From Verrucomicrobiales bacterium (GTDB lineage Bacteria > Verrucomicrobiota > Verrucomicrobiia > Verrucomicrobiales > V1-33): a stretch of DNA of 64,000 bases. The first letter of the stretch is position 1. The number at the start of each line of letters is the position of its first letter. Below the pieces are notes generated by a model. That model was not told the DNA's origin. It was given only the letters and a program-made list of their open reading frames with translations, and made no database searches. Of this stretch, positions 40,466 to 52,100 are shown one piece after another. The stretch covers positions 69,953 through 133,952 of the forward strand of contig JANOAV010000134.1 of NCBI GenBank assembly GCA_031411295.1, written 5' to 3'. The translations under genes and the position numbers were made by a program.

Positions 40466-41707
40466 CTACTTCCCGGGCGACACCGGAAGTTTGAATTCCG
40501 CCGCCATCACTTTCAGAAATGTCGCTGCATCGCGCGCCGGCCCATTCATGACGCGAGAACCTTGGAGGAGCAATTTAGGCATGATGGGATCGGTGGCTGA
40601 GAGCAGGCGATACTCTTCGAAAGTCACCGTCAGCCGGTGTTGCGAAGCGGGATCGGCCAAGGCTTTGACGAGGGCCTCTGGTCCACCGCAGAGTTTCTCT
40701 GCCTCGGCTCGCGCAGCCACCACATCCACTGGAATGAGCAACTTCATGAGATACTTGTGGAAGGCGGGAAATTCCTCTGGAACCAAACTCCAAACCGCCA
40801 GCGCGAAGCCCGCCAGCTCACAGGCGTAAGGGTGATCCGTCACTTTGGGACCGCAGTAAGGATTACACTGCCGATTCAGCGGGCAGGGTAACAGCGTCAG
40901 CGAGAATTTATCGGGATACGCCTTGAACAACGTCTCCAAGTCTCCCGACATATCGCGACACGAGGCACAGGTGTAGTCGAAATATTCCACTAACTTATGC
41001 GGCGCATCCGCCGACCCCAGCCGAGGCAGTTCCGCCACGGGATAGGTCAGGGCTCCGTCGAAGAACACCAGTTGATCCGCTGGCAGCACCGGACGTTGCG
41101 GTGGGGTCGCAGGCGGAGTTAGTTTCTCCTCCACGATCCGGTGCGTATCCGGCTTGGGGCCATAAATCTGCCCAAAGACTAGGACCAGAAATGCCGGAAC
41201 GGCCACAGAAAACGCCGCTACGAACAAGCCTGCCGTTTCGCGTTTCCGCAACTGCCACGCCCTGCGCAGCAGCGGGATCGCAAAGACAATCCCCAACCCA
41301 TGCGCCATCGCGCAATAGGGGCAGAAGACCCGTTCTTTAATCCAAAGCAGCCCCACAAACCAGAAGGCACAGAAAATCGCCATGACCGCAGCCGCCACCA
41401 GCAAGCGATCCGCCTGAATACTAAACCAACGCTGCACCATTTCAAACGAGAGCAAAAACACCCCACCATAGAACCCCGCCGCCAGCAGACTAACGGGCAC
41501 GCCCATCCACTGGGACCACCGTCCACCCAGCACCTGGCTGCAGCCGCCCTCCTTGCCACAGCCGGCAAAAGAAACGATCACCCCAGTATATTTCTGCCAG
41601 ACCAACCATCCGCAAAGCACGGTGGCCGCCAAGGCACAGAGACGCACCAACCAGCGGTTGAGAGGACGGGTCAGGAGAGTGGAGGAATCGAGATACTGAT
41701 CGGGCAC
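40466..41707 (-). CDS. VKOR-family protein fused to a DsbA/thioredoxin domain
   Basis: GC...GCSQV, FCPYC and EYFDYTCASC. Confidence 0.88.
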   Translation of the reverse strand: MPDQYLDSSTLLTRPLNRWLVRLCALAATVLCGWLVWQKYTGVIVSFAGCGKEGGCSQVLGGRWSQWMGVPVSLLAAGFYGGVFLLSFEMVQRWFSIQADRLLVAAAVMAIFCAFWFVGLLWIKERVFCPYCAMAHGLGIVFAIPLLRRAWQLRKRETAGLFVAAFSVAVPAFLVLVFGQIYGPKPDTHRIVEEKLTPPATPPQRPVLPADQLVFFDGALTYPVAELPRLGSADAPHKLVEYFDYTCASCRDMSGDLETLFKAYPDKFSLTLLPCPLNRQCNPYCGPKVTDHPYACELAGFALAVWSLVPEEFPAFHKYLMKLLIPVDVVAARAEAEKLCGGPEALVKALADPASQHRLTVTFEEYRLLSATDPIMPKLLLQGSRVMNGPARDAATFLKVMAAEFKLPVSPGK

Positions 41708-41771
41708 GCGCTATGTTCCAGAGAAATGACATCCCTGTCAATCTCTCCCGCAGCCCCCGTGCTCACGTAGC

Positions 41772-43163
41772 TCACCTGCCTTGTGCCCGCCGCGCAAACC
41801 TCACCCGCAGGCCGATCCCACACAACCATAGCACCACCACGCCCGTTAGCACCACCGCAGGCCACGCCAGCCAGCGATCCAATGGACGATGTCCACCTTT
41901 ACCTAACTTCATTTCCCCAGCCACGATGTCACCCTGCCCGGGAAACGAACCCTCAGCTGAGATCGTGCCGTCCGCTTGGATCAACTGAGAGATGCCACTG
42001 CTTGCCAACCGAAATACCGGCAGTCCGTATTCCACCGCCCGGGTGGCTCCCAGGCGGGCGCTCAGCACGTGTTCCGCGTAGCCCCATTTCTCCAAATCCA
42101 TGGCCGGAATGACCAAAGCCTGCGCCCCTTGCCGCACCAGTTCATCCGTCACCCTGGCATAATTCATGTCATAGCAAATACACAGCCCAATCAGCCCCCA
42201 GGGACTCTCCCAGACTTTTTGTTCCGGGGCCGGCAGACCATCATCCATGAACTGGATGGGCACGCACTTGACTTGCCGATGCTCCACCTCACCACCGGGG
42301 CCACTGAGAAAGGTGGTGTTGTAAAATTTATCAAACGTCTGTCCCGGCACCATCTGCACTCCGCCCGTGCTCACATAGCGTCGATGCAGACTCGCCCATG
42401 CGGAAATATCATCCGTGGGCGGTCCGGGAAAGCTATACTCACTGCACACGATCCATTGCGTGGCGGGATGCTTGACTAGAACCTCGTCGAACGACCTTAA
42501 GTAAGCGTCCATGCTCTCATTTTCATATTGCACCCCAGCCACAGACACCACCGGTCCATCCCCGGGCTTCACTTTCCCAAGTCCCAATGGCCAAGCCAGC
42601 AGCGGCAGCAGCGTAAGGCCAATCCGCCGCCATCGAGTCGTCGCGAACACCACCAACGCCAGCAGCGTAGCGCCCAACCCATAAACGCCCAGTGCCCACA
42701 AACCTACTGCCCAATCCACCGCCGACAACGCACAGCCAGCCGTGTCCCAGGAAAATTTCAACGGCCAGATCTCGGAGCGGAAGAACTCCACGCCCAGCAT
42801 CGACAACGGTGCCAGCCAGAGCATCGTCCGCGGCCCCCAGCGTCGGCACCCCACCTGCCACAGGGCCGCCAGCAATCCCAGCCAGAACGACATCAGCATC
42901 CACAGCGCCAGCGAAACATAACTGAAAATCCCCCATAAAAACCACGTCTGCGGCACCATAATCAGCAACCCCAGCAACCACCCAAACCACAACGCCGCCC
43001 GGGCCGATCCAGCCCTGCGGACTTGCCAGAAAAAGCCAAGATACCCCAAGACGAACCATCCGCTCAACTTCGGCCAATGCATCGCCAAATGATAGCTCCC
43101 CGCTCCCAGTAAAACGAACAGTAACAACCAAGGCCGGGACAGTGCGGGATTTTTCGGTGTCAT
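41772..43163 (-). CDS. lnt: Apolipoprotein N-acyltransferase
   Basis: TM domain plus nitrilase fold with E (CSEY), K (VKCVP) and C (ICYD). Confidence 0.82.
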   Translation of the reverse strand: MTPKNPALSRPWLLLFVLLGAGSYHLAMHWPKLSGWFVLGYLGFFWQVRRAGSARAALWFGWLLGLLIMVPQTWFLWGIFSYVSLALWMLMSFWLGLLAALWQVGCRRWGPRTMLWLAPLSMLGVEFFRSEIWPLKFSWDTAGCALSAVDWAVGLWALGVYGLGATLLALVVFATTRWRRIGLTLLPLLAWPLGLGKVKPGDGPVVSVAGVQYENESMDAYLRSFDEVLVKHPATQWIVCSEYSFPGPPTDDISAWASLHRRYVSTGGVQMVPGQTFDKFYNTTFLSGPGGEVEHRQVKCVPIQFMDDGLPAPEQKVWESPWGLIGLCICYDMNYARVTDELVRQGAQALVIPAMDLEKWGYAEHVLSARLGATRAVEYGLPVFRLASSGISQLIQADGTISAEGSFPGQGDIVAGEMKLGKGGHRPLDRWLAWPAVVLTGVVVLWLCGIGLRVRFARRAQGR

Positions 43164-43259
43164 GGCCTCGTTTTATAGAATAAAAGAATCCCTGTCAAGA
43201 ATATAGGGAAATCACCTATATTTAAAATCACCAGCACCCACCACGCCTGGCATAGTTCA

Positions 43260-43334
43260 GTTGGTGTTCAGGCTTCAGCCGCCTCCCCCGCAGCGGCCTC
43301 CGGCCGGCTATCGCCTACAGGCTAATACACCAAC
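43260..43334. repeat. Degenerate inverted REP-like doublet, family B
   Basis: GTTGGTGTTCAGGCTTCAGCCG ... CGGCTA...ACACCAAC inverted arms. Confidence 0.45.
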
Positions 43335-43372
43335 CGAGTCCGTGAAGGAGGCCCCGGCACCGCCATCCGCAG

Positions 43373-46300
43373 TTATGGCTGAGTGAATCTAACACGGCCA
43401 AAGATGCGGGTGTTATTCTCCACCGGACTACTGGAGCGCCAGACTTCGGTGCGGGTGCCATTGCCGTGATCGAGGCTGGAAACTTTTTCTGCGGTGATGG
43501 GCCAGGTGGTTAGGTTGGTGGAAAATTCCACCTGCTGGGTGAAGTCCTCGTGGAGCACGTCACGCTGGAACGCCAAGGTGGCGTAAGTGCCCAGCCCAGA
43601 GCCGGTGACGTAGCTTTGATAGGTGGCGGTGGGGATGAGATGGGAGGAATCCTTCATGGCATCGCCTCCGAGCGCATACTCCACCAAGTTATCCAAGCCG
43701 TCCTTGTCAGGATCTCCGGTTGGGGTGGAGCCTAACCAGGTGGTGAAGTTGATACGATCATCCGTTCCGGGTGAAGGCGCTCCGCTGCGCCATTCCATGG
43801 GGGAGTTGGGCAGCAGGCGTTCTGGGGAAATTCTTACGAGGCTGGGGCCGTCGCCATCGGGGGACTGGGGCCAGCCTTGGGAGTTGTCGTCATCGTAGGC
43901 GATGACGAAGACTGGTGGCAGGGCTTGTCCGTATTGCAGGGTGATGGTTTCCCCGGCATTGTTGAGTCGGTCGGAGGCGCTCCAGGCTCCGGCTACAGGC
44001 TTGCCGGTGCCGTAGCGGGCGTTGAAAGCATCCACATTGGCGACAACTAACGTGAAGGCTCCGGGCGCTAAAATGTAACCTGTGGGGAAGGTGAAGGAGA
44101 AGCCTGCAGTAAATTGAAATCCTGTTAAGTCGAGCGGAGTAGCGCTAAGATTCCGCAGTTCCACGTAATCGAACGAATCATCGACCCACACCTGCGCTGG
44201 CGATAGCGCGGCTGCGAGGGCTCGTTCTGCGGCGGTGGGAGCGGTGGCGTTATACATGATTTCTGTGATGACAATTTGGCTGCTGAAGGCCGAAGGATCG
44301 AAGGATCCTGCAGTGAACTCAGCGGCGGTGCTCCAGTTACTCCAGCGTCCCGTGTTGTCCTTCATGCGGACGCGTGCGCGATAGCGTTTACCTGGTTCGC
44401 AGGCCGTGGGGGGGAATTTATAGGTGTTGTTGAAAGTAGTTAGTTCGCCACTGTCGTGGGAGGCAATTATTTCCAACAAACGAGGTTCCGTGGGGACGTA
44501 GGTGCCGCTGGTGTTCACGGCTGCCATCCGCCATTGCATGGCCGCAAAAGTGCCCGCGCCTTGAGGATCGCTGAAGGCGTTGGAGGTAAAGCGCAGATCG
44601 TTGATCGGAAATCCACTCGTGCCAGCAAACGCAATGGCGGGAGTGACGGGATACAGCGCACTACTTTCTCCCAGAGCAACGCCCAGCGTGTCCATGAAAG
44701 CTGCTCGTCCACCCGCTCCAACATCGCCTCCTGGCCAGACCCCGCCATTGTTATCTGCATCAAAGGCAAAATCCTTCATGCCTGCCACGTAAAGGTCCAG
44801 CGCCGTTTGGCCCACGGAATTCAGGGCGGTGTTGTTCGGGCCGAAGAGTCCATCGAAATTCCCTGCATCTGCTGGCGCGCCATACCAGCGCTTGAATTCA
44901 GCGTTTACGAACGGGCGAATGGTGGCGGCAAATTGATCAATCAACGGATTCACTTGATCCGGTTGCCAGAGCAGGGTGCGGATCTCGTGGACCTGGTTGA
45001 AATAGTTAGGCCAAAGCGAGAGGTTGGTGGAGGCGTCTCCCCCACTGCTGGCTGCGTCATTGAATAATGCGTTGTGAACAATGTCCTGACCGTTGCTCCA
45101 AGTGGGCCCCCAGGTGGCATCGAGATCATTTGGCAGATACCAGAGTTGGCCTTTGTTGCCATTGCTGGTGTTGTAGTTCGGGTAGAAATAGTAAGCCGAG
45201 TTGTTGTCTCCATTGGGCCAGTAATCGTAATGGCGAATGGCTTCGCAGAAGGCATGGTAGCGACACCACAAGTCCAGATTGACTCTGCCGGTGATAAAGG
45301 CCGGGGTGCTGGTGCCTTTCAGATTATTGTAAATGTCGGCGTGGTCCGAGCCATCCGTGACGCCCAGACTCGATTGATAACGGAATTGAGTAATCCCTGA
45401 CACGCCGTCGCGCGTGAGTTTGTAGAGGTTTCCCTTCTTCAGATTATGGGACTGGAGGAAACGACGGTCATAGTCTTCGTGCACCCACATCAGGCCCCAG
45501 AAGTCCCCATGGTAAAGGTCCGGTTGCTCCGCAGGTTGCATTACCGTGCGGAAATGTGACCAATGGGAACGTGGGGCGGGCACGCCCAGTTGATTGAAGA
45601 GATGGAAGTCCACGGCCTCGTTCAGCGAGAACGTATAACTCGCACGATTCTCCCAGAGATTCTCGGTGATCATCGTGCTCCACGTGGTGGGATACTTCTC
45701 ACCTGCCTGATCTCGCGCTTGGAGTTCGTAGCCTTTGTTGAAATAGAATTTGAACGCCCGCTTGGCATTGCCAGCGCCACCCGTGCCGGATGCCACATAG
45801 CGTCCGTTGGCTCCTTTGAGGCGATACGGAATGTGATCGTAAACCACCCCATCATAAACAAAAGCGGCTTCCCAGTTCTCGAAATTCCAACTTAGCCCGG
45901 CCGACAATCGATTCGCTGGATCGTAGGCCACGCACTGATCGTAGTCGGTCTTGCGCGTTAGCAAATGATAGACTGGCAGCGTTTGGAGAGCGGTGGCAGT
46001 GGAGCCAGCGTAATCCGGCACTCCATTGTAAACGTAGCAGGCGAAATTTAGCGCAGGATCAGCCGGATAAGGCACGCGAGCGCTGGCACCCGGATTGTCC
46101 GTCACCGTGATCCGATAACGCACCAGCGATCGATTGATCTGCGGGGGAATCGTGGCCGTCCAGACGCCATCGCCACCCCGCGCATCATCGCCCACGCCGT
46201 CATCGTTCATCGCCAGCGTGATCCAATTGGCAGCGGCTTCGAAGGCGGGATTGGGATCCAGCGGAGCGGCTACATTAACAAAATTTCCGCCGGAGATGGC

Positions 46301-49126
46301 TTTCGGGAGCGTAGAGGGAATAAAGTTTCCCGGAGTATTAATCTGATAGGCCAGGCTGGCACTAGCCACGCCCTGCGGGTCGCTGATTTTGGCCGTGATG
46401 AGGATGGGATCAGCGCTCGTGGGGGCTTTGGGCGTGTGCTCTACATTGCGCACAGCGGGTGCGGCGGTGGCGGCATAGCGGATATTTTGCGCGGTCGGGG
46501 AAGCGACATCGTTGCTGAGGATGGCTTGCTTCAGTTGGAGATCGATAAAGAAATCGCTACTGCCGAGCGTGGTGTTCATGGCATGGATCGTGATCACGTT
46601 CAACCCTTCCACGAGGTTGACGGCAGCTGCGGGGATGATGGGAAAAGTTTCCGTCGGAGCGGGCTCCGGCGCATTCTGCGCCAAGGTATTATAGTAATGA
46701 TGCCCTGTTAGGATGGCGGCATTCGGTCTGCTGGCACCCACGTAAATGCCATTAATCCAGACAATGCAGCCGTCATCGCAGCGGGTCTGAATCTGCAGCG
46801 CACTGGGCAACTGACCCGTTGGGATGGTGAACGTTTTGCGCATGTAAACGGACGAGTAGGAATTGAGCATGTCTGTCAGCAGCGTGGTGTTTTCGGTGGT
46901 GCCGGCAATGCCATCGTTTTCGCCATAGCCAATGGGTGTGGTGCCGTTCTGCCACTGGGCATTTGCGGCGGGCAGGGCGGGTTCGACGAAATTGAGTTGT
47001 CGCCACGCGGTAAACGGAGTGGTGGGCTCGCCAGTGTCGCCCACAACGCCTTTGCGCCAGCGCCACGTGCTGGCAAAGGGAATGTAAGTCGTGACGGGAA
47101 TGGCGGTGCCGCCGGATTTGGCAGCTCGCCAATTGCTGCCGTGCTCTTCGTCGAGGGCTGGATTGATCAACTCGATGGATGAACCTTCGCCATTGCCTTC
47201 GGATGGCCAGGGCGAGTGATTGTCGTAATCCACTTGGGAGACGGTTTGATTGGCGGCATTGCGCAGTCGGATGGTGCCCCCGTCATTCGAGAGGTTATTC
47301 GTTTCCTTCGATCCATCGGGATAAGTCACCAGGGCGTTGACCCAGGGGCCAAGCGCGGTTTTGCCCCACGTGCTGAGGATCGTGGCCGGATCTTCAGCGA
47401 CCACCAAATATCCGCCGGAGGCCAGGGTAGTGCCAGTGGAAAAAAGATAGTCCAAGGCCCCGGAAAGCCGCCAGCCACCAAGATCCACCGTGGCAGAAGT
47501 ATCGTTGTAGATTTCCACAAATGAATTCCGGACCGTGCTGTTGCTGCCATTGTAGTGAATTTCGTTGATGACAACGTGACGGGTTCTCGCAGCGACAGAG
47601 AGTTGCAACCCGACCTCGATTGACAAACCAGCAGCATCGGTGCACCGGACGCGGATGCGTTGCGTGATTCCCACCAAGCTGGCAAAGGCAGTGGCGGCTC
47701 GCAGTTGATGGCCCACGATGGAGAACCGAGCGTTATCCGTATCGCCAAAGCCGCTGACTAACGTGTAGGTGTGGGCTTCACCCACATTGAGATCGTCACA
47801 GAGGAGATTCGCCAGAAAGTCCCCCGCCACGGCCTCTGATCGAATCGTTTGATCATCAAGAGCAATGCTGGTGGGAGGCTGCGGCGGCGTGATGACGGTG
47901 AGACGAACGGTGGCCACGGGCGATTCGTATTTTCCATCGCTAACTTTAAACGTGAATTGATCTGGACCGTAAACACCGGTCGTTGGAGTATAAGTCCGCA
48001 CCGCTCCCGGGCCGGCGTTTAAAGATCCCCGGGCAGGTGGGGTCACGATGATGTAGCTGAGGGTGCCTCCGTTCGGATCGGAATCCGTGAGAGTGATATT
48101 TAGTGGCGTATTGGCCGCCGTGCTCAGCCCGGCCTGGCTGTTGGCACTGGGGATGCCGGGGTCTGCGGCAACGCTGACGGTGGCGCTGTTAGTGACATTT
48201 GCGCCTCCGGTCTCAATGGCGCGGAAGGTCCAGGTGATCGTCTGCGCGTTGCCCGCGAGATCTGGCACCGTGGTGTTGAAGGTGCCGGAGGGCGCAGTGC
48301 CACTGCTGACAGTCGTTGCTCCGACCTTAATTTCATAAGTGTAAGTGCCGGTCACGCTGGCAGTGTTGACCGTCCAACTGAGCGCGACCGCATCGCCTTC
48401 ATAGGCCGTGGGTTTGTTGGTAGTAAACGACGTAATGATGGGTCCGGCCAAATGCGAGCCACCAGCAGCCAACGATTGGACTTGCGTGGCGGAGAGCGCA
48501 TTGTTGTAAATGGCAACTTCGTCCAACGTGCCGCTGAAGTATTCGCCATTGTTGGTGCTTCCGATGCGGAAATTCACGGCGGTGGCAGCATTAGTTCCGG
48601 GGACGTCGGCCGCTACCTGCACGCCATCCAAGTAAATCCGGCGGTTCGTGCCATCATAAGTCGTGGCCACATGGTGCCAGTTGCCATCCAGGAAATTGGT
48701 AGCGGAATTTGGACTATCCAAATCCGCGCCCCACCAGTAGTGGCGAAAGGCATTTCCAGAATCAAAAATCCGCAGGGCGTTGACCTGACGCGCGGCCCCA
48801 TAATTTCCCCATCCCACAATGCCCCGCGCCCCCAACACGGAGGGCTTGAACCAAGCGCATTGAGAGTAGGTGCTGTTGCCGATGGGCAAATTATTGACCG
48901 TGCCACCCAAGTATTGGGAAGTGCCGTTGAGTGCCAAACCACCACCAAATTTTCCCGTGGCAGTAAAGGTCGCTCCGCCCGTGGTGAGGACCGTGCCGCC
49001 CACCCCATCATTGCCCAGCGTGGGGGCATCGTTGAACGGCCAGTAAGCGACCAGACTGGCTTTGGCAGAAGCGCAGGTGAGAACCAAGAGCGTGGCCCAT
49101 CGTGCGAAAAAATGGAGGAATTTCAT
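43373..49126 (-). CDS. Large secreted CotH-kinase protein with LamG, Ig/cadherin-like and lamin-tail domains
   Basis: Signal peptide, LamG (WHHVATTYDG..IYLDG), VINEIHY and VITEIMY lamin-tail starts, CotH-like RHYD...PNDLDATWG. Confidence 0.87.
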   Translation of the reverse strand: MKFLHFFARWATLLVLTCASAKASLVAYWPFNDAPTLGNDGVGGTVLTTGGATFTATGKFGGGLALNGTSQYLGGTVNNLPIGNSTYSQCAWFKPSVLGARGIVGWGNYGAARQVNALRIFDSGNAFRHYWWGADLDSPNSATNFLDGNWHHVATTYDGTNRRIYLDGVQVAADVPGTNAATAVNFRIGSTNNGEYFSGTLDEVAIYNNALSATQVQSLAAGGSHLAGPIITSFTTNKPTAYEGDAVALSWTVNTASVTGTYTYEIKVGATTVSSGTAPSGTFNTTVPDLAGNAQTITWTFRAIETGGANVTNSATVSVAADPGIPSANSQAGLSTAANTPLNITLTDSDPNGGTLSYIIVTPPARGSLNAGPGAVRTYTPTTGVYGPDQFTFKVSDGKYESPVATVRLTVITPPQPPTSIALDDQTIRSEAVAGDFLANLLCDDLNVGEAHTYTLVSGFGDTDNARFSIVGHQLRAATAFASLVGITQRIRVRCTDAAGLSIEVGLQLSVAARTRHVVINEIHYNGSNSTVRNSFVEIYNDTSATVDLGGWRLSGALDYLFSTGTTLASGGYLVVAEDPATILSTWGKTALGPWVNALVTYPDGSKETNNLSNDGGTIRLRNAANQTVSQVDYDNHSPWPSEGNGEGSSIELINPALDEEHGSNWRAAKSGGTAIPVTTYIPFASTWRWRKGVVGDTGEPTTPFTAWRQLNFVEPALPAANAQWQNGTTPIGYGENDGIAGTTENTTLLTDMLNSYSSVYMRKTFTIPTGQLPSALQIQTRCDDGCIVWINGIYVGASRPNAAILTGHHYYNTLAQNAPEPAPTETFPIIPAAAVNLVEGLNVITIHAMNTTLGSSDFFIDLQLKQAILSNDVASPTAQNIRYAATAAPAVRNVEHTPKAPTSADPILITAKISDPQGVASASLAYQINTPGNFIPSTLPKAISGGNFVNVAAPLDPNPAFEAAANWITLAMNDDGVGDDARGGDGVWTATIPPQINRSLVRYRITVTDNPGASARVPYPADPALNFACYVYNGVPDYAGSTATALQTLPVYHLLTRKTDYDQCVAYDPANRLSAGLSWNFENWEAAFVYDGVVYDHIPYRLKGANGRYVASGTGGAGNAKRAFKFYFNKGYELQARDQAGEKYPTTWSTMITENLWENRASYTFSLNEAVDFHLFNQLGVPAPRSHWSHFRTVMQPAEQPDLYHGDFWGLMWVHEDYDRRFLQSHNLKKGNLYKLTRDGVSGITQFRYQSSLGVTDGSDHADIYNNLKGTSTPAFITGRVNLDLWCRYHAFCEAIRHYDYWPNGDNNSAYYFYPNYNTSNGNKGQLWYLPNDLDATWGPTWSNGQDIVHNALFNDAASSGGDASTNLSLWPNYFNQVHEIRTLLWQPDQVNPLIDQFAATIRPFVNAEFKRWYGAPADAGNFDGLFGPNNTALNSVGQTALDLYVAGMKDFAFDADNNGGVWPGGDVGAGGRAAFMDTLGVALGESSALYPVTPAIAFAGTSGFPINDLRFTSNAFSDPQGAGTFAAMQWRMAAVNTSGTYVPTEPRLLEIIASHDSGELTTFNNTYKFPPTACEPGKRYRARVRMKDNTGRWSNWSTAAEFTAGSFDPSAFSSQIVITEIMYNATAPTAAERALAAALSPAQVWVDDSFDYVELRNLSATPLDLTGFQFTAGFSFTFPTGYILAPGAFTLVVANVDAFNARYGTGKPVAGAWSASDRLNNAGETITLQYGQALPPVFVIAYDDDNSQGWPQSPDGDGPSLVRISPERLLPNSPMEWRSGAPSPGTDDRINFTTWLGSTPTGDPDKDGLDNLVEYALGGDAMKDSSHLIPTATYQSYVTGSGLGTYATLAFQRDVLHEDFTQQVEFSTNLTTWPITAEKVSSLDHGNGTRTEVWRSSSPVENNTRIFGRVRFTQP

Positions 49127-49165
49127 CTTGGTTCGTGTGTTGCCATAACAGCCAGGAAAATTGAA

Positions 49166-52100
49166 TTACGGTGTGGTCACCATGACGCGAACAAAGACCC
49201 GGCCGGGACTGCCTGTGGGTAGGGTCCAAGTGCAGGTTTCTGTTCCATTGCCGTTGTCCGTGATGGTGGGCGGGGCAGTGACTGGAGTCCAGTCTTGCAG
49301 GGTGGTCGTCATTTGTGGAATGTAAGTTACATCGGTGGCGCCTTTGCGACGTGTAGCCGTGAAGGCTCCGGGGCTTCCGAGCAGGCCGGAGGCCAGGGTG
49401 GCCTCCCGAGTGCCACAGGTTAGAGGATCGGTGGCGAAGGCATATTCGCCAAGGTTGTTGAGGCCGTCATGATCCGGGTCTGCGGCTGCAAGTTTATCGG
49501 CTGCGAGGGTCCCAACCGTGAAATTACGTTGGGTCCAAGTGGTATAATTGGTTACCGCAGAACCGCCCGCATCCACACTGGCCACCCAGCTCGTTGCCAT
49601 CCCCACGGGGCCTGCCACATAGAGCAGTGAGTGTCCATCGTCTGCTTCCACCGGCCAGGGCGCGGTGTCTCCGTAAACAAAATCAGCAATCACTGCGCCC
49701 GTTTTATCGTTCAGAACGATGTGCTCGCCACCGTCATCCAGTTCGCCTGTGAATTCTCCCAAAATGGTGAACGTGCTGCCATAGCGACTGATGAAAGCAT
49801 TCCGATTCTCGACTACCACCACGCTGGCCCCCACAGGCAGCCAGTTCTGCAGGCCCGGAGCAGCCGTGAAATTCAGTCCGTTGCTGAAATACATTCCCGT
49901 TAGGTCCACTGGTGCTGCGCCCAGGTTAGTAAGCCGGATAAACTCAAAATCGTTGGATGCGAGATACCCCGCAGTGATTTCCGCCGCGGTCGGAGGCGCG
50001 GGATGATACAGCACTTCACTAATTTGAATGTTGCTGGGGCTGGCCGTGGCGGCACCAGGGAAATAGTAAAGTTTGGTGGGCGCACTCCAACTGGAACCGT
50101 TAGGCACCGGACCTGTGCCGCCACCAGTATAAGTGGGGGGATCGCTGGCACGGACGGGATTGAGCGTGCGGGCGAAGATTTGGGTGGGCGCAGTGATGGT
50201 CAGCGGGCCCGTGTATTCCACGGCGGCGGGCGCGAACGCTGGCACAAATGCCTTTCCCCCTTGAATGGTTAATTTCGCCTGCTGAATGAGGTCCGAACTG
50301 CCGAGCCCGGAGTTCAGCCCGTGAATTGCTAGAATATTATTTCCCACATGCGCGTTGGCCATGAAAGCCGTGATGTCATAGGTCTGGAAAATGATGGAAT
50401 CTGGATCAGCATGGGTCGTGGCGGCGGCGGAGTTGTAAGCCAGCGTGGGATAGGTGGCTGGCTGGTTTGCCTTGGCCACTTCCACCCCGTTGAGATAAGC
50501 GATGAAGCCATCATCATAACGCATTTGCAGGATCAGCTTATTGGGAGACACCAGCAGCGCTGCGTCCGTGCTGCTCAGGGTAAATGGCAGCCGGATATAG
50601 CAGGTCTGATTTCCGGCGTAAGCGGTGCCGCCGATGGTGCCAGAGCGCATCACGTTGCTGGTGTTCACGGTGCCGGAACTAAAGGTGGCGGTATTCCACC
50701 GCAGCCCAAGAAACGGCAGGTAATCCACCGCAGGAGAGACCGTGGAATCATCATAGCCCACACCACTCTTCGCTCCCACCGCGTTGGTGAACCAGGTGGA
50801 ATCATTGAAATCATCCTGATTGTTCCCATTGCTGTTCAAGTCTGCCCCGCGCCATTCCGTGCCTATCGTGCCGCCTACTGCAGCGCTGGTGGGCACGATG
50901 GCACGCACGGGATTAACCTCGTCCAATGGAGTGGACACCGTCCCCAACGCAGCCAGTGAATCCACCACTGTGGCCTGGGGCCTTGGATCGGTGCCGTTGA
51001 GCGTGTAGTATATTTTCACCCCACTCGTGGCCTGGCTGGGTGAACTTAATGACATCGTCGCGCCTGATGCCACCGGCCCAGCAGCGAGGCTAGGCACGGC
51101 AGGCCGGATAAATTGTCCATCCATGAAATCCAGCCGTCCATTGGCCGTGACCGCTCCGGCCTTGCCCCACCAATTCTTCAACCAACGCGCTTCGCCACGA
51201 AACGTGCCATCGGTGCCAGGCGAATTTGCGTTGGCGGCCACGGGCAATACAGAGGTGAATTTCTGGAAATTTCGCTTTGCTGGCGTGTTGGCACCATTTC
51301 CTGGATCGAGCAGTTCCGTGTATTCATCGATGATGGCGTGAACATGAGCCGTGCTTAGCACACCCTGCCGCAGTTCCTCCAACCGATCCACCCACGCCTG
51401 CCAGAAGTTGGGATCTTGGAACATGTAGTCGAAGTAATTCGGCGTGAAGATGGCAGCATTATTATGAAAGAAATCGGTTCCGAAGTCAGATGTATCACAA
51501 CGCCACGTGGTCGGCAGCAGGCTGCGGGGATCGCTCGGTTCGGTGGACCCCATGGCGCGGTCGAAGTCGAAGATGGGTCCCATCACTAGCTTCCCGAACC
51601 GTGATTTGTGCCAGTAACCACTGAGGCGAAATGCGTCTGCGCTCTTGGCGGCCGTGCTGAACAAATGGTGATCAATGATGGCTGGCACATCGAAATGCGC
51701 CTGATACCCCAACGTGGGACTCATGAGATTCGGCCCGGTGCAAGCGGCATACATGTTGTTCAGCGTGGTGGCCAGATACGTCTTCTGCGCAGCCGTCATC
51801 ACGGGCAGATGGGAGGGATAGGACGTGTATTCCTTCGGCTGCACTAACGCGAAGGTCCGACCTGCGGCGGCTACGCCAGCATCGCCAAGGTCCAAGCGGT
51901 CGATCTTGAAAATGTAACCGCCCTGCACATTCGGGGCGGTGTTGTCTGTGGCGTTCATTTTCTCAATGTCTAACCGACCCGATCCTCGCTTGATTTTATC
52001 CTGGAAACTATACACCCCGTAGTAGTCCGCACCCGTTGTGGCACCTGCTACGTAGCCCCAGGCAGGCGTGGTGCCACTAGCTGCAACTTCGTTGTCCACG

